A DNA stretch of 64,000 nt from Eledone cirrhosa (Eukaryota): assembly GCA_964016885.1 (NCBI GenBank), contig OZ024742.1, positions 311,550,001 through 311,614,000 of the forward strand, in the 5' to 3' direction. Below are positions 52,153 to 63,950 of the stretch, one piece after another. Positions within the stretch are counted from its first letter, which is position 1, and each line of letters opens with the position of its first letter. Made by a program: the position numbers and the translations under genes. The notes beneath the pieces were generated by a model. That model was not told the origin of the DNA. It saw nothing but the letters and a program-made list of their open reading frames with translations, and ran no database searches.

Positions 52153-52272
52153 CTAGTTTAGAATAGGTACACTGTATCCCTGGTTTAGAATAGGTACACT
52201 ATATCCCTGGTTTAGAATAGGTACATCATATGGTTTAGAATAGGTACACTGTATCTCTGTTTTAGAATAGGT
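52153..52272 (+). repeat. Short dispersed cluster of the same 27-bp satellite (4-5 units)
   Basis: GTTTAGAATAGGTACACTGTATCCCTG units between a (TTC)n and an (AAC)n tract. Confidence 0.9.
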
Positions 52273-52944
52273 AACAACAGAAAACAACAGAAAACAACAG
52301 CAGTAACAACAGCAGTAACAACGACGACGACGGCAACAACAACAAGAACAACAGAAAACAACAACAGCAGTAACAACGACGACGACGGCAACAAGAACAA
52401 GAACAACAACAAGACAACAACAACAAGACAACAACAACAACAACAACAACAACCCATGTCATGTTGTCCCAAGGAAGCATTATAAGTAATATCCATTCTC
52501 CCACACAAAACAACTTGTTACCTGGACATGGTTCACTAAACTTAGGTGTTTGTTACTGAAATATAAACCTTGACAACCGGAGAAAGCGACATCTATTTTA
52601 AAAACATGTAACCGGAGCAGAATAAAGTATGACTGGCGATTTTAACACCTGCTGTTGCTGTGGATTGGCAGTATCGGTAGAGGGTCGGACAACATGCTTT
52701 GACGCATAGAGTTACGGCCCTTGCCATTCTGAGTTCAAATCCCGCCGAGGTTAACTTTGCCTTTCATCCTTACGGGGTCGATAAAATAAAGTACCAGTAA
52801 TACACTGGGTTATTGCTGGCCTTGTGCCTAACGTAGAAACAATTATTATTATTATTATTATTATCATTATTATTATTCGATAAAATAAAGTACCAGTAAT
52901 GCACTGGGTAATTGCTGGCCCTGTGCCAAAAGTAGAAACAATTA

Positions 52945-55601
52945 TTATTATTATTATTATTGTTCTTTGAGTCTCAGTCATTGATGTTCTTTAACTGGAA
53001 AGTTTGTTGAAATGAATATCAAGCCGCTACCTGCAGCCTCAGACATTCAGGACGTTCCCAGCAAGCATACCTTTTGAAGTGTTCCAAAAAGCGGGGCTGG
53101 ACTAATCTTCTTTAACCATCGTTGGAAACTCTTTGAGATAGTACCTAGTGCGCCTATGACAATCGGGACGACCTTGATTTCATGGCAGTTCCAAATCCTT
53201 TTTAACTCCCACTTTAAATCCTGGTATCGGTTAATTTTCTCCGTCTCCTTTTCTTGCACTCTCGTGTCGAAGGGGCAGGCTACATCTACAATCAGGCACG
53301 ATCTTTTTTTTCTTGTCCAAAACCACCAGGTCAGGCCTATTGCGTTCTAATTTCTTGTCCGTCTGTATCCTAAAATCCCATAGCACCTTCACTTGATCGT
53401 TTTCTATCACCGACTCTGGCTTATGCTCATACCACTTCTCAGAATGTGGTACATTGTTTACTTTGCATAGATGCCAGTGGATCACCCTGCCTCCAGCCTT
53501 TATAGTGAGTCTAGGCTAGGTGTTTACACTGGGATACAATGTGAGCCACAGTCTCCTCTCTCTCTCCACAGATCCTACACAGTGAGCTAGCCTCCTCCTT
53601 GTCAATATGGTGTTTCACCCACTTCGTTCTGAGGGCTTGCTCTTGCACAGCCATTAGCATTCTTTCTGTAGTTTTTTTTTAAGGTCTCCTCTGTTTAACC
53701 AGTTCCATGAATGTGAATCTCTAAATTCCGTTTTCATAGCACCTTAAAGCAGGTGCTATGAAGGGATTTTTCATGAAGGTTGCTCTTCCTCCTTGGACAT
53801 CCCCTGGTCTATTGTCTTCTCCTTCAGTACAATTTTGAGCATTGGCTCCCTACTGCCAGTTACATATTTGTGCAGGTTGTTTTTCTCCATCTGAACACAG
53901 TCTTCTATGCTGATAAGACCTCTTCCACCTTCAGATCTCTTTAAGTAGAGTCTATCGACATCACTCCTCTTGTGGAACATGTAGATAGGCAATAGCTTCC
54001 TAGTCTTCCTATCCATTTCTTTTTGTTCAACATTCCATTTCAGAATTCCCACACTGTACCTAATAATAGACACAGCTCGGGAATTTACTGCACTTATGAC
54101 ATTCCTACTATTTAGATGTGATTTTAATACGCTCGTTACTCTCCTTATGTACTCAGATCTTATCAGTTCCTTCATTTTTTTGTTCTTGATGTCATCTGCC
54201 TCCAGATCACCTAAATATTTGTATCCTTCTTCAGTGTCAATTTCCTTTATCATCTCACCTGTTGGTACCTGGATTCCGTTGCTTCTGCTCAATTTACCCC
54301 TCTTCATCACTAAGATTCCACACTTATTAATACCAAATTCCATACATATATCATTGCTGAAAATACGGACAGTGTCAACAAGTACATCCAACTCCTCACT
54401 CTTCCCAAAGAGTTTAAGATCATCGATGAAGAGGAGGTGGTTGATGGTAAGCTCTCCTCTTCTCAACTTGTATCCTGCTCTCACTTTTCGCAATATAACG
54501 GACAGGGGTATCGGGCAAGGACAAACAGTTAGAGGGGACAATCTATCTCCCTGGAATATACCTCTCTTGATCTTCACGCCTCCCAAGGATTCTCCACCTG
54601 ATGTTAACTCTGTTTCCCAGGACTTCATACTTTTGCTCAACAACTGTCTGATGTTATCTGCCACCTTGAAGATCTCAAGGCTTTTGGTTATCCAAGAATG
54701 AGGTACCATGTCGAATGCCATTTTGTAATCTATCCATCCCATGGCAAGACCAGTTTGCCTCCTCTTGCAATTCCTCATTACCATCTTATCAATAAGTAAC
54801 TGATCTTTTGTACCACGGGACTTCTTTTGGCATCCTTTCTGTTCGTCCGGTAACAAGTTGTTTATGTGGAGGTGATGGTAGATTTCCTCAGACACAATGG
54901 TTAACAGTTTCCACATTACGGACAGACATGTGATAGGCCTATAGTTGGTAACATCATTACCCTTGATTCGGTCTTTCATTACTAGAACTGTGGTACCTTT
55001 TATCAACCACTCTGGTACTTCACGCGACATCAAGCAGTCATTGAACATGGTTGACAGTTTCGGGTGTAGGGATGTCATATTTTTAATCCAATACCCTTGC
55101 ACACCATCTGGGCCTGGTGATTTCCAGTTGGTTAGTTTTTTGGCCTACCCTTTAAGAGTTTCAACTGTGATACTCAAAACAGGTTGTTGGTGTGCTTGTT
55201 CACTAATCTCCTTTTGAACTCTCTCAATCCACACTGCCTGGTCATTATGTTTAACATCCTGCTCCCATATTCCTCTCCAGAATGTCTTAGTCTGTTCTGC
55301 CTCAGGGGTCACGTCGTTGCCTCTTTCTTTACCTTCAAGCTGTCCAAACAACATCTTCTGGTTGTTGTCAAACATGTGGTTCTGTCTATACTGACTAATT
55401 CTGTTCTCATACCGCCTAATCTTTGCACTTTTTGCTACAATGCGTTGCTTCAGTTCCTCTATGATAATATTTAGCTTTTTCCCCCTAGTTTTGTATTTTA
55501 TTTTCAATCTATCTTTAGTGACTATGTTTTGTAATGTCCCATTCAGTAAGGACTCAAGCTTTCCAATGTCTTTTCTCATTCCCTTGATTTGACTATTCAG
55601 T
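52945..55601 (-). mobile_element. R4/Dong-like retrotransposon, copy 2 (tandem duplicate)
   Basis: Same 443-aa ORF and shared frameshifts, offset 3567 bp from copy 1. Confidence 0.92.
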
Positions 55602-56768
55602 CCCGCCGTTCAAATCCCGCCGAGGTTAACTTTGCCTTTCATCCTTACGGGGTCGATAAATTAAAGTACCAGTAATGCATTGGGTAATTGCTGGCCTTGT
55701 GCCAAAAGTAGAAACAATTATTATTATTATTATTGTTCTTTGAGTCTCAGTCATTGATGTTATTTAACTGGAAAGTTTGTTGAAATGAATATCAAGCCAC
55801 TCCCTGCAGCCTCAGATATTTGTTACTGAAATATAAACATTGATTGCCAGCTAAATTAACTATAGGGATATAAAATATACAGAAGCGAAAACCAATCCAA
55901 ACCAAACAGTGAGTGTGTTTTATTATTATTTTTGGCAATAAGGCGGTGAATTGGCAGTATCGGTAGAGGGTCGGACGCCATGCTTTCCAGCATAGTTACG
56001 TCCCTTTACGATCTGAGTTCAAATCCCGCCGAGGTTGACTTTGCCTTTCATCCTTACGGGGTCGATAAAATAAAGTACCAGTAATGAACTGGGTAATTGC
56101 TGGCCTTGTGCCTAAAGTAGAAACAATTATTATTTCTGGCAATATTATAACAATATGACCCTCCCCATATATATATATATATATGATAGAATCGAACGAT
56201 CATTATACTGCAACCACAAACTGAAGGCTAAATTCTCTCACTATAAAATAACTTAACATTCGAACCCGTAACTATAACATTGCTTTCTAGCTAACCACTT
56301 TCTCTTCCCCCACACTACAAGACAATACCCTGCTTATCACTATAAATGGAAACTTAGTGCAATTTGTAGACTACTATTATGAATTCAATGTACACCCTTC
56401 CCATAGCTTTCGTCTGTCCCTCTCTATCTCTATCCATTCCCCTCTCTCTCTCTCTCTCTCTCTCTCTCGCCCTAGGTTCACCTCCCTCCCTCTCCACATC
56501 TATAAACCTGCCCTCTGTGGCAATAAATAATTCCAACCTTGACTATCAACGCATCGCTTAAGGTGGTCGCTTTAAGAGTAACCAGTATAATAAAACCTCT
56601 ACCACAACATTTTGATTAAGATATCTACAAACCACTGTCTCCCATTTCTCCAACCCATGCATATCTCTCTCTCTTTCTCCCCCCCCCTTCTTTTCTCTCT
56701 TCCGTTTCTACTCTATCTTCCCCAATAACCTCACTTAAGGGTATTTACATTGTACATTTTAACCATTC

Positions 56769-56880
56769 TGCCCTGATGATACAGTGGTCACAGCATTTGA
56801 TAATTGAGTTTTGCAAATAGTTATAAATTTGCACATAGCATAACTAGGCTGTATAACCACCGTGGAAACATTTGTAAGCA
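56769..56880 (+). ncRNA. Hammerhead-like motif with a long stem II
   Basis: CTGATGA 56773-56779; stem II tacagtggt/accaccgtg around an ~85-nt segment; GAAAC-attt-GTA; stem I tgc/gca with one mismatch. Confidence 0.5.
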
Positions 56881-56927
56881 CACAGAATAAATTACATTTT
56901 TATGATGTCTACCTGTTATTATTCATT

Positions 56928-56959
<32 letters not shown>

Positions 56960-56963
<4 letters not shown>

Positions 56964-57377
56964 ATATTTGGGGAGGGTCATATTGGTGTAATAATATTGC
57001 CAGAAATAATAACAGAACACACTCACTGTTTGGTTGGTTTTCGCTTCTGTATCTTTTATAACTCCATAGTTAATTCATTTGGTCTTCACTGTTTATCTGC
57101 AACATCATCAGTGGTACTATTATGTTCATAATAGTACCACTGATGATGTTGCAGATGTGCAACGAAAGAACTTTGTCAGATTATATATATGTATTTGTAT
57201 CTATATTATCTCTGTATTTTTGACCGTTGGTCAGTCAATGATAAACATTGAGGACCAAATGAATTAACTGTGGAGTTATAAAAGATACAGAAGCGAAAAC
57301 CAACCAAACAGTGAATGTGTTCTGTTATTATTTCTGGCAATATTATTACAACAATATGACCCTCCCCAAGTATAACA
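56960..57377. mobile_element. MITE with ~135-bp TIRs, TGT...ACA ends and ATAT flanks; partial copies at ~40241-40480 and ~55835-56168
   Basis: tgttatatttggggagggtcatattg.../...caatatgaccctccccaagtataaca. Confidence 0.82.
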
Positions 57378-57434
57378 ATATTTGTTTCGACACACGATTC
57401 ATATAAAAAACCTCACAAAACAAATTCATCGCCG

Positions 57435-57501
<67 letters not shown>

Positions 57502-57504
<3 letters not shown>

Positions 57505-57928
57505 GAGATGAGGTGATAAAAGCCGAGCTTACCCAATTGCACCTCTCGAAGGTGATGGCATACAACCGTGACCTCTGGCATCACGCAGTAATACAGAAGA
57601 CCTGACTTGCACGGGTACAAGCCGAAGTTGAAGCATATAGACAATATACCCCCCCCCCCCCACTGCAAAGTGGTCGTGGAGGTGCCACGGCAAAAAAGCA
57701 CCCAGCCCACACTGTAAAGTGGACGTGTAGGCGCAACGGAAAAAAGCTCCCACCATTCACTGTAAATGAGGTTGGTGTTAGGAAGGGCATCCAGTTGTAG
57801 AAATCAAGCCAGAATCAGTTCCCGTATGAGGAAGACAAGGTCAACCGACCGGACACTGCCTACAACAGGACAACCCGTCTAACCCATGCTAGCGAGGAAG
57901 AACGGACGTAAAACGGTGATGATGATGA

Positions 57929-57932
<4 letters not shown>
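57502..57932 (+). mobile_element. RTE 3' end fragment
   Basis: Closely similar to 43678-44100; (GAT)n tail; flanked by (TA)n. Confidence 0.85.
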
Positions 57933-57966
<34 letters not shown>

Positions 57967-59206
57967 GAGGGTGTTAAAGTTTGCTTGAAGCATTGTGAAA
58001 TGTGTAAAATACGTAGTTTAGAAAGCCACAACAATGCAGAGGGAAATCTCGAGGTAGGAAGTGAATGATAGATAGGAGAAATAGGAGAAAGTGAAAGTTG
58101 AGAGAGACAAAGATGAAAACAAAACAAAGGTAGAAGGGTTACCGTAGTGGAGATTTAATCCCAATATTTCGGGCTCACGCCCATCAACGGGGGAAAAGTT
58201 CCAAAAAGGGGGGAACAGGCTAAGCCGGAGAAAGTTGTGATGTCGTTAAAACAGGAATGCCGTTATGGGGAGAAAATTTAAATGAGGGAAAGAATGCGCG
58301 TGTGCGTGATAGGCTGTGGCAAAAGCTACTGACCAAATAGGTTAAATCAAGAGGGTGCGCTAGCGTGTGAAAGCCGTAAAATATGTGTGTGTAAATATAT
58401 ATGTGTGTGTAACTGTGTGTGTATATGTGTAAGTGTGTATATGTGTGAGTGTGTGTGCGTGTGAAAGATAGTGGGCTGTAGAAGCTGGAAAACAAAGGGT
58501 GTGAAAGGTGGTAGGTTGTAAAACATGTGTGCGTGTATAAATATAGATGTGTGTGTGTATGCGTATGGGTATATATGTGTGTGTAACTGTGTGTGTATAT
58601 GTGTAAGTGTGTATATGTGTGAGTGCGTGTGTGTGTGTGAAAGGTAGTGGGCTGTAGAAGCTGGAAATCAAAGGGTGTGAAAGGTGGTAGGTTGTAAAAA
58701 CATGTGTGCGTGTATAAATATAGATGTGTGTGTGTATGCGTATGGGTATGCATATACGTGCGTGTGTGTGAAAATAGCAGGCCGTAAGGGCTGTGAATGG
58801 TCACTATGGTTAAATTAGCCATGTCAGCTTATTTCTCTCAGCCCGGTTGTTAAGTGGGGGTCTGAGGTTCTTAATAACAAGTGCTTCCTTTATCCTTAAG
58901 GATCCGATGCTGCGTTCAGTCGCTAGGACTGTGACCAAGGGTCTACCCTGTGTGTTGGGAAACATACACACACACACAATAAACGCAACCTCACCAATGC
59001 ACAATTTAATACTCTCACCAACCTAAGATCCAGGAACCTTGTGTACCTTCCCTCTGACAAGGGGAAAGAATTCTGTGTCATCTCGAGAGTGACCTACAAC
59101 AACTTAGCTCTCCAACATCTTAATGACGACAGCCTCTACTCGAAAGTCACAGGGACCTCCTCGACTCTAATCGAGGAAGGCATTAACACCATATGGACTA
59201 ACATCT

Positions 59207-60703
59207 GTGTCCAACGAAAACTGCCAAAGAATGACTCGAAACAGCAAACTACCCACCTTCTACCACCTGGTTAAAACACATAAACAAGGACCCGATTTGA
59301 AAATCAGGCCCATTGTCTCTAGCGTGGAGGGCCCACTCTACAAAATATCGTGGCTGCTCTCCACACTACTGAAACCCATTCTACACACACTACCAGCCCA
59401 CGTCTGCAGCTCAAAGGAGGTCTTGGAGCGACTACACCATCTGGCGCCCAACACCAGAAAGGACAACGGTTATGCCTTCAGTCTTGATGTGGTCGCCCTT
59501 TATACCTCCGTACCAGCATCCCCAGCCGTCGACCTGTTGACCGAACGAGTCCGAGCATCTAACTTACACTGCTTCGGACTCACACACACGGACATCCACC
59601 AACTCCTCTCCTTCGTTGTGGATAATGCACTCTTCAATTTCCTCGGCCACACGTACAAACAAATCTCTGGGCTACCTATGGGCTCTAGTCTGTCCGGCAT
59701 ACTTGCGATCTCGTACATGGACCACCTGGAACGCAAGGCACTCAATACCTGCCAACCCAACGCCGTCGCCTTCTACTCCAGATACGTTGATGACATCCTG
59801 ATACTTACTTCTTCCCGGGAGATGGCGAATGAAATTCACCAAATCTTCAACGATACTGACCATCACGTCGATTTCACCATCGAACACCCAGGAGAAGACG
59901 GGTCACTCGCCCTCCTCGACTTCCGTATCAACATCTCGGAAGAAGGAGACATAAACACCACCTTCTACCGCAAAGCAGCGTGCAAGGACTTATTTGTGCA
60001 TTACAACTCAGCCCTCCCCAACAACGCTAAGAGAGGCTATGTCCTAAATGAACTGACACGGATCACTAACAGATGCAGCGACCCGATGGGTGGTCTCACC
60101 CATACCACGCAATTCCGTAATCTACTCAAGTCTAATGGATATCCCAAGCGACTGATTAACGGAATTAGAGACCCCAGACCCAATAGACAGACACCCACTA
60201 GAAACTTAAATAAAAGCAGGTGCTTCTTTAAAATCCCCCACCTGAGTGAATATACCACGAACGCCATCCGCAGGGCCATACGGACGGAGGGACTTGACAT
60301 ACATTTGGCCCACACAGGACCTTCGCTGCGAAGATGCCTCTCCAACAAACCCGACGAGTCAGATGGGACGTGTTCCCTCAGCAACTGCCCGATACGGGGG
60401 GCAGATTGCCTACGCACCTATGTCGTATATAAGATTCAATGCGATAAATGTAACAAGTTTTACATAGGTAGCACCATCCGACCCCTACATGTTCGTATCA
60501 AGGAACATATCAACACCAACGCATCTTCCTTCCGTAAACACATCCTTAAATGCGGAAACCCACAGGGTAGACCCTTGGTCACAGTCCTAGCGACTGAACG
60601 CAGCATCGGATCCTTAAGGATAAAGGAAGCACTTGTTATTAAGAACCTCAGACCCCCACTTAACAACCGGGCTGAGAGAAATGAGCTGACATGGCTAATT
60701 TAA
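59207..60703 (+). CDS. Penelope-like RT + GIY-YIG endonuclease (upstream part in another frame, 59041-59225)
   Basis: KTHK...RPIVS, SLDVVALYT, GLPMGSSLS, RYVDD, VVYKIQCDKCNKFYIGST...RIKEH; PSDKG motif upstream across a frameshift. Confidence 0.93.
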   Translation: MSNENCQRMTRNSKLPTFYHLVKTHKQGPDLKIRPIVSSVEGPLYKISWLLSTLLKPILHTLPAHVCSSKEVLERLHHLAPNTRKDNGYAFSLDVVALYTSVPASPAVDLLTERVRASNLHCFGLTHTDIHQLLSFVVDNALFNFLGHTYKQISGLPMGSSLSGILAISYMDHLERKALNTCQPNAVAFYSRYVDDILILTSSREMANEIHQIFNDTDHHVDFTIEHPGEDGSLALLDFRINISEEGDINTTFYRKAACKDLFVHYNSALPNNAKRGYVLNELTRITNRCSDPMGGLTHTTQFRNLLKSNGYPKRLINGIRDPRPNRQTPTRNLNKSRCFFKIPHLSEYTTNAIRRAIRTEGLDIHLAHTGPSLRRCLSNKPDESDGTCSLSNCPIRGADCLRTYVVYKIQCDKCNKFYIGSTIRPLHVRIKEHINTNASSFRKHILKCGNPQGRPLVTVLATERSIGSLRIKEALVIKNLRPPLNNRAERNELTWLI

Positions 60704-61316
60704 CCATAGTGACCATTCACAGCCCTTACGGCCTGCTATTTTCACACACACGCACGTATATGCATACCCATACGCATACACACACACATCTATATTTATA
60801 CACGCACACATGTTTTTACAACCTACCACCTTTCACACCCTTTGATTTCCAGCTTCTACAGCCCACTATCTTTCACACACACACGCACTCACACATATAC
60901 ACACTTACACATATACACACACAGTTACACACACATATATACCCATACGCATACACACACACATCTATATTTATACACGCACACATGTTTTACAACCTAC
61001 CACCTTTCACACCCTTTGTTTTCCAGCTTCTACAGCCCACTATCTTTCACACGCACACACACTCACACATATACACACTTACACATATACACACACAGTT
61101 ACACACACATATATATTTACACACACATATTTTACGGCTTTCACACGCTAGCGCACCCTCTTGATTTAACCTATTTGGTCAGTAGCTTTTGCCACAGCCT
61201 ATCACGCACACGCGCATTCTTTCCCTCATTTAAATTTTCTCCCCATAACGGCATTCCTGTTTTAACGACATCACAACTTTCTCCGGCTTAGCCTGTTCCC
61301 CCCTTTTTGGAACTTT

Positions 61317-61352
61317 TCCCCCGTTGATGGGCGTGAGCCCGAAATATTGGGA
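61317..61352 (+). ncRNA. Variant minimal hammerhead-like motif in the Penelope 3' repeat (mirror copy at 58159-58194, minus strand)
   Basis: TCCC-CCGTTGAT-GGGC(GTGA)GCCC-GAA-ATAT-T-GGGA; stems perfect, core differs from CUGAUGA at two positions. Confidence 0.5.
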
Positions 61353-62189
61353 TTAAATCTCCACTACGGTAACCCTTCTACCTTTGTTTTGTTTTCATCT
61401 TTGTCTCTCTCAACTTTCACTTTCTCCTATTTCTCCTATCTATCATTCACTTCTTACCTCGAGATTTCCCTCTGCATTGTTGTGGCTTTCTAAACTACGT
61501 ATTTTATATATATAAATATAATTTCAGCGAGATCGTATTTCGGCGGTGACCAAAACAAAACGAAACGTAATCTTCGAGATACGCCGGCAAGCTAGAAGAA
61601 GCCAGAGCAATTAACATGTGTTATAAGGCCAGACAAAATGAAAACAGTGGTTGTGAAGTCAACAGCCACCGTAGCCGAAAAACCGAACAAGCTAAACAGG
61701 TTAACAAATAATTCCCGGAAAGTGTTGTTCTGTGACTTCTAAATACTGTCTGCTTTCGTTGTAAGCTTTTGGTATAACGATCGAACAAGGTAGCCATTTC
61801 ATCAACAGGTTTTCTGTTCTCAGCCGCCTACCGGGTTCCAATGAAGTAGCAGTGAAGTGACTACCCCACGTGGTTACCTTGCAGGGGAGGTAATCCCGAT
61901 TTTTGGCGCGTGCATTCCAAATGTGTAAAGGAATTGCAAAAAATTGCAAAGAAACTGTACAAATCGACTCGACCGGGTTGTTTTTAAATAAACTTAAGCA
62001 ATTAATCAGTCAATAGGATTGCTTAATTGAATTAAGTAATTAATTGCTAGGCATGGGAGATTAATACAATTATAATTTCAGTGAGATCGTATTTCGGCGG
62101 TGGCCAAAACAAAACGAAATGCAATCTTCAAGATAATCCGGCAAGCACTCAATGAACTAAGAAGAAACCATAGCAATTAACATGTGTTA

Positions 62190-62680
62190 TAACAAGTGAA
62201 TCTTAAAATAAGCAATCATTATGTATAAGAATATTTATGTTTAATCAACAGCCACGAAATTTAGTACTAACATTATGTAATATTCATTCATTATTTATTC
62301 AAAGCGTAGAGTTACGGCCCCTGCCATTCTGAGTTGAAATCCCGCCGAGGTTAACTTTGCCTTTCATCCTTACGGGGTCGATAAAATAAAGTAGCAGTAA
62401 TACACTGGGATAAATGCTGGCCTTGTGCCTAACGTAGAAACAATTATTTATTCAAAGCGGTGGATTGGCAGTATCGGTAGAGGGTCGGACGCCATGCTTA
62501 GAGTTACGGCCCTTTAGGTCTGAGTTCAAATCCCGCCGAGGTTAACTTTACCTTTCATCCTTACGTGGTCTTGTGCCAAAAGTAGAAACAATTATTTATT
62601 CAAAGTAATCTAACTTATTTTACTAACGGGATAAAAAATATATATTCGGAACGCAGTCCCGCTTTATTATAGTTATAATT
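62190..62680 (-). mobile_element. Helitron-like element, partial third copy interrupted by two SINEs
   Basis: aagtgaatcttaaaataagc...gcagtcccgctttattatagtta shared with the other copies. Confidence 0.68.
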
Positions 62681-63618
62681 AGTAACCTTAAAATGCGCTT
62701 CAAACCCATTTGAAATGTCTCAAGCAAAATTAGTAAATGGTAATAAGGACTTGGGAACGACAGGTAAACAGGTCTGGATTGGCAGGTACTCCAGTACTCT
62801 GTAGGCTGGGCCCAGTCCATTATCGTACTACTGTGGTCAACACAAAAGAGTAAATACACTATGAAACTTGTTTGCTAGAATGTGCGTACACTAGTGGACG
62901 ACAACTTGATTCAAAGTATTGATTGCTCATAAATTGAACAATATTCATTTGATATAGGGGCTCTCTCTCTGAGACACGCCTACATGGAGATAGTCAGCTG
63001 AGTGAGCGGAGAAAGGTATAGCAGAAGGTCAAATGAGAGAATCAGGTGTTGGCTTAACTGTTAGAAACTCTCTCAACTCATCTTTTGAAAAATTATCATA
63101 GTGGTCCGTCAGAACGTATTATACGTGATGTCCACACTCTCAGGTGGGCGGAAATCCGGGCAATCACTTAGTGTGTGTTCTGCAGCCTGCTCTGGTGAGC
63201 CACATTAGCAAGTTTCTGATGGACGCAGACACCCCAGTGGTACATTGCTGCATTAAATGTACATTACATGTGTTTAACCGATTTAGGGACACACTCCTTC
63301 CGAGTGAGGTTGGCACCTGTGGGGAGGGCTGTATTGGGGTTGACATAACCTGGTGCTAAACAACAACAACAACAATAACAACAGTTGGAATGTCATTGTG
63401 AGAAATATTCCAAATTTGAACCATAACCGGAACGTGATGAGTGACATATCTAACCCTCTCATAGCCATATTTTTAATGAAAGACACTCAGTGTGCTTTTC
63501 AAACCATTCAAATAGTTTCAAGAATATGGAGAGAATTAGTATTATTTTAATTTTTTATTTGTTACAGTTATAAGGTAGCGGCAAAGCTGGAGTACTGCAA
63601 CGAAAGGGGTTTAGTTGA

Positions 63619-63943
63619 CACTAGCAAAATGGTCCGGCGTTGCTCGGGATTTGCTCTAGGGTTCTTATATATTTGATATATATTTATCCTTCTCGAGCCT
63701 CGTGAAGTAAATACTTTTGTTTATATTTTGTTATTGTGTATGCAAAAATATCTGTACACGAATATATAAATAACAGTACAGAGAAGTACGGAATACTTCG
63801 GCCTCGGGTTGGTGTCTACATTTTGTGCTTATAAAATAAGTTCGTCGTACATTACCAGGTATTTTTCCCGTTCGAAGAAAATCAATATTTTATCGCGAAA
63901 TAAATACTTTTGTTTATATGTGTATGCAAAAATATCTGTACAC

Positions 63944-63950
<7 letters not shown>
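63619..63950 (-). mobile_element. Helitron-like 3' end of another family
   Basis: actagcaaaatggtccggcgttgctcgggat: minus-strand GC hairpin followed by CTAG|T; internal direct repeat at ~63708 and ~63900. Confidence 0.5.

Larger units (their letters stand above)
58005..61506 (+). mobile_element. Penelope-like element with inverted terminal repeats
   Basis: RT + GIY-YIG ORF; 58005-58952 is the reverse complement of 60561-61506. Confidence 0.95.

Noticed and set aside
60691-61291. His/Thr-rich ORFs (also 58220-58822)
   Set aside because: Translations of CA-rich repeats in the Penelope 3' region
62860-63140. Possible host gene start
   Set aside because: Looks like a very degenerate RTE AP-endonuclease N-terminus (NVRTL, SETRL, SGVG) with stops
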